From: Azolla caroliniana
Lineage: Eukaryota; Plantae; Polypodiophyta
Direction of reading: 5' to 3'
Assembly (NCBI GenBank): GCA_043228905.1
Contig: JBHGNT010000001.1
Coordinates: 20,770,001 to 20,834,000 of the forward strand
Length of the DNA stretch: 64,000 nt
In this document: piece after piece, positions 11,137 through 21,400 of the stretch
Position numbering within the stretch: the stretch's first letter is position 1
How the letters are laid out: every line of letters starts with the position of its first letter
Position numbers and translations under genes: made by a program
Notes under the pieces: generated by a model
The model's input: the letters and a program-made list of their open reading frames with translations, nothing else
Told to the model about the DNA's origin: nothing
Database searches by the model: none

Positions 11137-11796
11137 TGACGCGAAATATGCGGAATATTACTCGGCCACAACCGAGTCTCAAATCGTGTCATTTGAATCG
11201 AACAACGAGAATGGGAATTCAAGTGAATACACATACACACAGAGAATATGAGAGAGGGTACACAATATGTTTACGTGGAAAACCCAAAATGGGAAAAACC
11301 ACGGGAGTCCACAAACTACAACTATCACTATGTCGAGAGGAATACAACAGGTGAACACAGAGGCAACAACCTCTTGCTCACACTCTTCGCCTGGCGATGG
11401 CTACAACAAAGCATCACTATGTATCTCTCTCTCTCTCTCTCTCTGTGCTACGCTCTATACAGCAGTTACACCAATAACTCTGTACAAAAGTAATGACAAC
11501 ACAATGATACATGCTCACATTGTTTCCCCTAGGTCATATTTATACTAATATGACATTAGGACTATTTATAGATATGGCCCCAATGGGCTCTCAGAAACAT
11601 ATTTACATATATGTCCCTTCATCCGATGAGAGATTCTCATCGGGCTTGCGTCATCCGGTTCTCACTGGGTCTTCCTTACTGGGTACTCATCGTCTGGTTC
11701 TCACCGGGTCTGCATCATCCGGTTCTCACCAGGCCTTCATCATCTGGTTCTCGCAGGGCCTTCATCATCCCATCCAGAGGGACCTAGATCCTAACA
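11137..11796 (-). repeat. 5' LTR of the copia element 2665-11796
   Basis: TG...CA termini, Met-i PBS GCTCTGATACCA at 11122-11133, similar to LTRs at 13248 and 29980. Confidence 0.85.
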
Positions 11797-12389
11797 TGAT
11801 ATTCCACAAAGGGTGTGGAGCGGAAAGACGTATCGTACCGACATTTGAGGGTGTTTGGTTGTCTTGTCTATGTGCATGTGGCAAAGGACCAGAGGGGGAA
11901 GTTGGACCCAAAATCTCGGCCATGCATATTTCTCGGCTACGACGATGACGAATTCGGTAATCGGCAATGCAACATAGCCGATAAGAAGGTGGTTAGGAGC
12001 TGAGACATTGTCTTTATGGAGAAACGCATTTTACTACAAATGAAATGGATAAATAAGTATTAAGTTATGTGAATATGAAGTTGAGAATATAAGGAAAATA
12101 GAATTGTGAAATATCCTACATAGATAGGAAACTTTAGGATCCATCTATATAAGCATAGACGGAGCCGGCGACGAAGTTGGGAACCAAAACCGGATGACGA
12201 CGTAACCGGTAACCGGCGGCAATCGGACGGAGCCGGCAATCGGCAATCGGACAGAACCGACAACTGTATGGCGACGGAACGGAAACCAGACACGGACTAG
12301 ACGGATCGGATGGGCAACGGTCGAGATGGACGGATGATAGGATCATGTGGTGAATTAAAGTAAAATAAAGTAAAGGTCATGTGGAAGGC

Positions 12390-12545
12390 ATGCTACTAAA
12401 GGTACAGGCCATGCAACTAAAAGTAAAGGCGAAGCAACTAAAAACGGAGGCCATCCAACTAAAAGAAAAGGTGAAGCAACTAATAAAGGAGGCTATGCAA
12501 CTAAAAATAAAGGCCAAGCAACTAAAACTGGAGACCAGGAAACAA
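12390..12545. repeat. 21-bp tandem repeat (GCAACTAAAAGTAAAGGC-NNN) in gypsy 5' LTR
   Basis: About 7 imperfect copies; longer counterpart at 31087-31285. Confidence 0.85.
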
Positions 12546-12970
12546 AAAGGGGACGTGTGCAAAGGAACATGGGAGGCGATGATCAAGAAGGAACTCGATA
12601 TATGTACCACTTTTTTTTCTCTAGTTTCGTCTTTTTTTTGGGGGGGGCATTCTCTTTTGCTCCCTCCTATTCCTTGCGGAAAAAACTCTAAGCCTAATTA
12701 TCTTAGAGAAGAAAATCCTAATTTTCCTATGAAATCCATATCTCCGTTTCTTCTAATCTATTATCTATTAATCTCCGTAACCTTAAACTTTTGTAATCCC
12801 AATCTTGGGATAGATTGTAATCTTTCTTTCCCTTTGTTAATGAAATTTGTCGATCTTTCTCATTTCCATTAATTCTTTAATATAAACATATGAATTTGAT
12901 ATGCTCTGGTCAGAGGCCCCTGGGTCCTGCCTCAAGTTCACGTATCCTTGTCGTATTTTCGCAACATCTT

Positions 12971-12988
12971 TAGTGAACCCGACGTGAA
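12971..12988 (+). promoter_or_regulatory. Primer-binding site, tRNA-Trp
   Basis: TAGTGAACCCGACGTGAA 4 nt after LTR end (...GCAACA 12966); one G>A change from TGGTGAACCCGACGTGAA. Confidence 0.8.
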
Positions 12989-13934
12989 ACGAGGCGGCAG
13001 GAGGATATCAAGTGCAACGATGGCTTCGAAAAGCGGAACTCAAAGAGAGGAATTAACGAAAGACATGGTGTCCATTGTGGAATACATGCTGAAGGCGAGA
13101 GATCGAGGGGCTTGAATCGACAAAGTTGTTGATCGAACGGTGGAGATATCTGGACGATTTGGTGGCAAGAATATCACGGATTTCCTTGCAACCTATCGGA
13201 ACGAGATGCAAGAGAGGGATGTCTATGATTTGAAACAAATTTCTAGTTGTCGGGAACTCAACGCTCCTTATGCATAAAGCTCGGCCACAACCGAGATTCT
13301 TTTCATACACAGAAAACAGGAAACGAAAACATGACTCAAAGGAGAGTAAGATACACAGGAGGTTTACGTGGAAAACCCCAAACTAGGGGAAAAACCACGG
13401 CAGCCCACAGGCTGCAAACTGTCACTATGTAAGAATGTACAAAACAGTGAGTTCACGGAGGCAACGACCTCGGACTCACGATCTTCGCCACAGGCGGCGG
13501 TTACAACAGAGGCAACGACCTCGTCTCTCTCTCTCGCTCTCTGTATAGTTACGCACTCTCTCTTCTTCTTGCACCAACAAGAAAAATAACAACATCATAA
13601 TATTAGTTTGCCCTAAGTCATATTTATACTAATATGACTTTTCGGCTATTTACAAATGTAGCCTCGATGGGCTCTTAGAAACATATTTACGAATATGTCT
13701 CTTCCTCTGGTTCACACCAGGCTTGCATCATCCGGCTCTCCGTAGCCGGGTACTCCTCATCCGGTTCACACCGGGCCTGCACCATCCGGCTCTCCGTAGC
13801 CGGGTACTCCTCATCCGGTTCACATCGGGTCTGTATCATCCGGCTCTCCGTAGCCAGGTACTCCTCATACGGTCTTCGGCACTGATCTTCTCCCTTCCCA
13901 TCCGGAGGGACCTGTCTCCCAACAAACTCCCCCT

Positions 13935-16900
13935 TCACTCCGGCATGGGGTGTCCTACCAGTCCGATTCTCTTCCGGCATGCGTCCAGCTTGTCGGGTGT
14001 CAGCACTTTGGTCAGCATATCTGACCCGTTCTCGGTCGTGTGGATCTTTGTCAGTGCGAACTCCTGGTCATCTACTCTTTCCCGGATCCAGTGATACCTC
14101 CGCTGGATATGCTTCGTCTGGGAATGGTAGGCCGCATTCTTAGCAAGGTGGATGGCACTTTGACTGTCGCAGTAGAGTCGGTATTCCTCTTGCCGGATAC
14201 CGAGCTCTCCGATGAAGTCCTTCATCCATAATATTTCCTTGCCGGCTTCCACAGCTGCCATGTACTCCGCCTCCGTGGTTGACAATGCAACCGTCTTCTG
14301 CAGCCTCGACTGCCACGAAACAGCTCCCCCTGCATATGTCATCACATACTTGGATGTAGACCGGCTGGTATCCACATCAGCCGACATGTCCGAATCGGTG
14401 AAACCATCCAGTTGAGGTTTTCCGGAGCCGAATCGGAGACACATATTTGAAGTGCCCTTCAAATACCGGAGTATCCATTTGACCGCGTTCCAGTGCTCCT
14501 TGCCGGGATTGCTCATAAACCGGCTCACAACCCCTACTGCATATCCTATATCCGGTCGGGTACACACCATTGCGTACATCAAGCTCCCGACGGCAGAGGC
14601 ATATGGGATCTTCATCATTTCTGCCTTCTCTGCTTTCGTCTTCGGGCTTTGCTGGCCGGATAGCTTGCAGTTTGCCGGAAGTGTCGATCCGACCGGTTTC
14701 GCTTCTGACATGTTGAACCGGTGAAGCACCTTTGTCACATACTTCTCCTCTGACAACCATAATTGCTTCTTTGACCGGTCCCGAATGATGTGCATCCCCA
14801 GCATCTGTCTTGCCGGACCCAAGTTTTTCATTGAGAAGGTCCGGTTGAGAGCCTTCTTCAGCATCCGTATTTTGACTTGGTCACGTCCGACGATCAACAT
14901 GTCATCCACGTACAGAAGGAGTATCAGGAAGTCGCCTCCTTTAAACTTCTTCACAAACACGCAGTGATCGGCCTGCGTCTTGTGGTACCCTTGATCGGTC
15001 ATCAAGAAGTCGAACTTCCGGTACCATTGACGGGGAGCCTGCTTCAGTCCGTACAGGCTCTTCTTCAACCGGCATACCAGGTGCTCCTTCCCTTTCTCCA
15101 CGAATCCTTCCGGTTGCTGCATGTAAATCTCCTCTTCGAGGTCGCCGTGAAGGAATGCCGTCTTCACGTCCAGCTGCTCTACCTCAAGGTTCATGCTTGC
15201 TGCTATACTCAACACCGTCCGGATGGAGGTCATCTTTACTACCGGGGCAAATATCTCGTCGAAGTCCACGCCCTTCTTCTGCTGGAACCCCTTCACCACT
15301 ATCCTGGCTTTGTATCTCGGGGGGTTGCCGGCATCTCCCGGTTTCAGCTTGTACACCCACTTGTTTCGGAGTGCCCGCTTTCCTTTCCGCAACTCCACCA
15401 ATTCGTATGTATGGTTCTCATGCAGGGAATCCATCTCGTCCTGCATGACACTTAACCATTTTCGGCTGTGGGTGTCTTCCTTCACTTCTTCGAAGCTTTC
15501 CGGCTCCCCTCATCGGTCAGCAGCACATGCTCTGCATCCGGAAATCTCCGGGGGCCCCTTCTCACTCTGAGAGGATATCTACGTCTTTGGGCTTCGGTAG
15601 CCGGCTCCTCCATTTGCTCTTCATCCGAATCCGATTCGGGGTCTTGGCCGGTTCCGGTTTCAACTTCCTCTACTTCTTCTTCTGCCGGTTTGGTATCCTC
15701 ACCGTAACCGGCTGGTTCCTCGAGTGCTAACCGATCTCTTGCCGGTTGGGTCTGCTCATCGTAGAGTCTATCCTTACCAGTCGACTCAGAGTTCATTATC
15801 TTCTTCTCCGACTCCCAGTCAGCGAGTGTCTTGTCCTCCATGAAGATAATATCTTGACTTTGAAATACCTTCTTGTCGACCAGGTCCCACACCCGGTAGC
15901 CGAACTCATTGTCGTCGTAACTGAGGAATATGCATGGCCGGGTCTTCGGATCTAGTTTTCCTCTCCGGTCCTTAGCTACATGCACGTACGCGAGACACCT
16001 GAACACCATCAGATGCCGGTAGGACACTTCCTTACCGGTCCATACTCTGTGTGGCGTGTCTCTGTCCAGGGGTACTGAGGGTGATCTGTTTATCACGTAT
16101 GTCGCCGTCGACAGTGCCTCAGTCCAAAACTTCTTGGGTAGGTTTGCATGCGCTAGCATACTCCGGATCCTCTCCATTATGGTCCGGTTCATCCTCTCGG
16201 CCAGTCCGTTTAGTTCCGGCGTCTTCGGCACGGTAAATTCGAGCCGGATTCCCTTCGAGCGGCAGTACTCCTCGAACTGCCCCCGGTACTCTCCTCCGTT
16301 ATCTGCTCGAACCGCCTTCAGCTTCCGGCCTGTTTCTCTTTCCACTCTCGCGTGGAGCTCTTTGAAGACGGATAACACCTGATCCTTTGTCTTCAACGGT
16401 GTGGCCCACAGCTTCCGGCTGTGGTCATCTATGAACGTCACGAAGTACTGCGCTCCGGCATGTGACTTCGTGTCTACTTGACACACATCCGTATGCACCA
16501 ACTCCAGTGGTGCATTACGTCTCATCGGTGGCCTTGGTCGGAAGGAGGTCCGGTTCTGCTTACCGGCCAGACAATCAGTGCACTTCTCTAAGTGCACGTT
16601 CTTCACTGGAATGAGGTTGTCGTCTGCAAGCCTCTTCATCCCCTTCTCGCTCATATGACACAGCCTCTTGTGCCACAGCTCACCGGTAGTGTCGGATGCC
16701 ACGTTCACTTCTTCCGGACATAACCGGGCATTCATTAGGTACAGTGTGTTTACCTTCCGGGCCCGAGCCACAATCAGGCTCCCTTTGCTGAACTTCATGA
16801 CACCATTCCGGATGCTACCCGTGTAGCCTTCATCATCTAGCCGACCGACTGATATCAGGTTTAGACGAACCTCCGGAACGTGTCGGACATCCTTCAGCAG

Positions 16901-17995
16901 CAACTTGCATCTGGTTGGTGTTGTCAGCCACATGTCTCCTATGCCGACAATTTGGCATGTACCTTCATTCCCCATCCGGACACAGCCGTGGTCACCGGCT
17001 GAGTAGGATGCGAAGCATTTCCGGTCCGGGGTAAGGTGGAACGACGCTCCGGAGTCTACCACCTAGGTCATCTCGTCGCCGGCAAGGTTTATCTCACTCT
17101 CCTCGGTGATGAGGATCAACTCCTCTTCACTTGCCGCGATTGTCGTCGTTCCCTTCCGGTCTGGCCCCCTCCGGTCTTTACCGTTCCGGTCTTTACCGTT
17201 TCGGTCCGGGGTTTGCTTCGAATCGGTACCGTCGGTTTCCTTGTCTTTACGGAAATGCCGACAGTTCTTTTGGAAGTGTCCCGGCTTGCCGCAATAGAAG
17301 CAAGTAGGCCTCCCCCTTGACTTTGACCGTGTCCCCGACTTCTCCCGGTTCTGGGGACTACGGTTTCTCTGTCTTCCGCGTTCCGATTCGGTAAGGAGCG
17401 CTTTGGAGTCGGAGCTCGTATCTTTATCCTTCCGACGTGCCTCCTCATCTAGCAAGCTCGACTTTACTCTTGCTAGGGATAACCGTTTTCCTTCCGGCCC
17501 AGCGTTGCCCAAAGTGACAACCAACGTCTCCCAGCTATCCGGGAGGGAACCGAGCAGGAGTAGCGCAAGTACCTCATCGGCGAGAGGTACTTCCAATGAA
17601 GTTGCCTGGTGGATCAGCCCCTGGAAGGCATTCATGTGCTCCGCCATGCTGGAGCCATCTTGGTACCGGAGTCTTACTAGCTTCCGGAATACCGACACCT
17701 GATTGACAGCATTTTTGTTCTTGAACATTATGCTGATCTTCTCCTAGAGCTCATGAGCCTTGCTCTCTTCATTGAAGTTGTTGTACAGGCTCATGTCGAT
17801 GAAGCACCGTATGTACGCCGTTGTCTTCATGTGCATCACCTCCCATATCGCGGCGTCGATTTTGTCCGGTCTCTTGTCCCTGAACTGAACCGGCAGCCAA
17901 AGGTCTTTAACCACGAGCATGTCCCTCATCTTCGACTTCCACACTGAGTAGTTGGAACCGGTGAGCTTGAACATGCCGCCAAACGATTCGTCCAT
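13935..17995 (-). pseudogene. copia gag-pol polyprotein with two TGG>TAG stops (~17744, ~17063) and a 1-bp frameshift (~15500)
   Basis: ORF track pieces are colinear with the intact polyprotein at 19118-23191; VDSGAS, HTDVC..FIDD, LLYVDDML, FTDSDM..EAEY..CDSQSA motifs. Confidence 0.95.
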
Positions 17996-18468
17996 TTTCT
18001 GTGTCGTTTCGCTCTGATACCACTTGTCGGGAACTCAACGCTCCTTATGCACAAAGCTCGGCCACAACCGAGATTCTTTTCATACACAGAAAACAGGAAA
18101 CGAAAACACGACTCAAAGGAGAGTAAGATACACAGGAGGTTTACGTGGAAAACCCCAAACTAGGGGAAAAACCACGGCAGCCCACAGGCTGGAAACTGTC
18201 ACTATGTAAGAAATGTACAAAACAGTGAGTTCACGGAGGCAACGACCTCGGACTCACGATCTTCGCCACAGGCGGCGGTTACAACAGAGGCAACGACCTC
18301 GTCTCTCTCTCTCTCTCTCTGTATAGTTACGCACTCTCTCTTCTTCTTGCACCAACAAGAAAAATAACAACATCATAATATTAGTTTGCCCTAAGTCATA
18401 TTTATACTAATATGACTTTTCGGCTATTTACAAATGTAGCCTCGATGGGCTCTTAGAAACATATTTAC

Positions 18469-21400
18469 TGTTGGGATTTCGGTCCCTTTCGGATGGGATG
18501 GTCGGATATCGGAGATGAATGCCGACAAGCCCGGTTTCGGTTTCGGATCCGGATGACGAAGACCCCGGCTTCGGTGCCGGATGACGAATGTACCCGGAGA
18601 GCGATCCGGATGCAGGGACATATCCGTGAATATGTTCGCTACGAGCCCCCTGAGGCTATAGTTGTAAATAGCCCAAAGTCATATAAGTATAAATATGACT
18701 TAGGGCAAACAGTTTTCCTGTTGCTTCTCATTTTTCTGTTTTTCCACTTTGGAGGAGTGAAGAGAGAGCAGCCGTGAGAGAGAGAAAGAGAGAGAGCGCG
18801 AGAGAGAAAGAGGTAGACGCCTCTGTGTATTTCCGCCGCCTGTGGCGAGGACAGCGAGCTCAAGGTCGTCGCCTTGGAGCTCGTCATTGTATACTTCTCT
18901 GTATAGTGTTGTTTGGAGTCTTGTACTCCCGTGGTTTTTCCCCGTTTAGGGTTTTCCACGTTAATCCTTGTGTACTCGCGTTTCTTCGTTTTGTTTCTAC
19001 GTGTGTTTCCTATTTTCTGCTCCATTGATCCGCGATTAATCGGTTGTGGCCGAGATAAGAAGGTGGATAGAAGGGTCTATTCCTTACAAACTGGTATCAG
19101 AGCGACTGTTGCAGAAAATGGAAGGCGGCGGCAGCGGGCAGCCGATGATGATGGTGCTGAATGCACAGAATTACGCCGACTGGAAGATCAAGATGGAGGA
19201 TCTTCTGATTGTTCGGGACCTGTACGAACCGATTGACAGGTCGGAAATACCGAAGGGGGTACTTGAGTCGGAGTGGAAGCTCCTGAACCGGAAAGCCGTA
19301 GCGACGATCCGACAATATGTCGACGTAAGCGTCCTGCAACATGTGGCGAACGACACCAACGCATACGAGATGTGGAAGAAGCTGTCTGGCCTCTATGAGA
19401 GGAAGAATGCGTTGAACCGGACCTCCCTGATGAGGAAGATTGTGAATCTCAAGTATCGGGACGGCGAGAGTATGGTGGAACACGTAAGCACGTTCATGGG
19501 ATTCGTGAACCAGCTTGCGGCGATCAAGTTCCCGTTGGAGGATGCAATGCAAGCCATCATCCTGATGTGTACATTGCCGGAAAGCTGGGAGAACTTGGTG
19601 GTGACTCTCAGCACCTCGTGCACCGAAGATAACTTGTCCTTACAAACTGTAAAGACAAGTATTCTGAATGAAGAAGCGCGTCGGAGAGATAAGGAACCGG
19701 CCTCCGACCCGAAGATGCTGTTTACCGAATCGGATCGGGGAAGACAATGGAACCGGAGTCCGCAAAGACGGGAGAAGTCGGGGACCCGGTCGCAGTCAAG
19801 AGGAAGGCCCACATGCTTCCACTGTGGGAAGCCGGGGCACTTCCGAAAGAATTGTCGGCATTACCGAAAAGACAACGGAGCCGACGACACCGACTCGAAG
19901 AAGTCACCGGAGAGAAACGGTGCATACCGGGGAGCCACGGACCGGAGAGGTTCGGATCGGCGAGGGCAAGACCGGAAAGGAACAACGGCACTCGCGGCAA
20001 GTGAGGAAGAAATCATGCTCATCACCGAAGAAGGTGAGCTAAACGTTGCCGGCGATGAGACGACCTGGGTGGTCGATTCCGGAGCATCGTTCCACCTGAC
20101 CCCGGAGAGAAGATACTTCTCATCCTACACAGCCGGCGAGCATGGCTGTGTTCGGATGGGAAATGAAGGTACGTGCCGGATTGCCGGCATAGGAGACGTG
20201 TGGTTGACAACCCCGACCGGATGCAAAATGCTGCTGAAAGATGTCCGACACGTTCCGGAGGTCCGATTGAACCTGATTTCGGCCGGGAGGCTAGATGATG
20301 AAGGCTACACGGGTAGCATCCGGAACGGTGTCATGAAGTTCAGCAAGGGGAGCTTGATAGTGGTTCGGGCCCGGAAGGTCAACACACTGTACCTGATGAA
20401 TGCCCGGTTATGTCCGGAAGAGCTGAATGTGGCAGCCGACACTGCCGGTGAGCTGTGGCACAAAAGACTGTGCCACATGAGTGAGAAGGGGATGAAGAGG
20501 CTTGCAGAAGACAACCTCATCCCAGTGAAGCACGTGCACCTGGAGAAGTGCACCGATTGCCTGGCCGGTAAGCAGAACCGAACCTCCTTCCACTCAAGGC
20601 CACCGACGAGACGTAGCGCACCATTGGAGTTGGTGCACACTGACGTGTGTCAGGTAGAGACGAAGTCACATGGCGGAGCCCAGTACTTCGTAACATTCAT
20701 CGATGATCATAGCCGAAAACTGTGGACGGCACCGATGAAGACAAAGGACCAAGTGTTGTCCGTCTTCAAAGAACTCCATGCGAGAGTGGAAAGAGAATCC
20801 GGCAAGAAGCTGAAAGCGATACGAGCGGATAACGGAGGGGAATACCGAGGGCAGTTCCAGGAGTACTGTCGCTCGAAGGGAATCCGACTCGAGTTTACTG
20901 TGCCGAAGACGCCGGAACTGAACGGGCTGGCCGAGAGGATGAACCGGACCATAATGGAGCGGGTCCGGAGTATGCTGGCGCATGCGAAATTACCCAAGGG
21001 GTTTTGGGCTGAGGCAATGTCGACGGCGACATACGTGATAAACAGATCACCCTCAGTACCTTTGGACGGAGACACGCCGCAGAAAGTGTGGACTGGTAAG
21101 GAAGTGTCCTACCGGCATCTGAAGGTGTTCGGGTGTCTCGCATACGTGCATGTGGCAAAGGACCGGAGAGGAAAGCTAGATCCGAAGACCCGGCCATGCA
21201 TATTCCTCGGTTACGGCGACGACGAGTTCGGCTACCGAGTATGGGACCCGGTCGACAAGAAGATATTCCGGAGTCGTGATATCATCTTCATGGAGAACAA
21301 GACGCTCGCCGACTGGGAGTCGGAGAAGAAGATGAAGAGCTCCAAGTCGACCGGTGAGGATCAACTCTACGAGGAGCAGTCCCGACCGGCAAGGGACCGG

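Larger units (their letters stand above)
2665..11796 (-). mobile_element. 3'-truncated, degenerate Ty1/copia element (TNT1/Tork-like), interrupted by the gypsy at 3576-9773
   Basis: LTR 11137-11796, Met-i PBS 11122-11133, gag 11106-10521, knuckle CFYCGKPGHFQKNC, protease remnant, deleted integrase, RT fragment (KARIVVKGFQQKKG..DVKTTFLHG) ending at 2665; highly similar to the copy at 13248-24101. Confidence 0.9.

Noticed and set aside
12381-12872. MQLKVKA heptad coiled-coil ORFs (also 31078-31485)
   Set aside because: Translation artefact of the 21-bp LTR repeat
19046-19117. Longer N-terminus of the copia ORF in the ORF track
   Set aside because: Starts at GTG inside the LTR and spans the PBS; ATG 19118 is the plausible start
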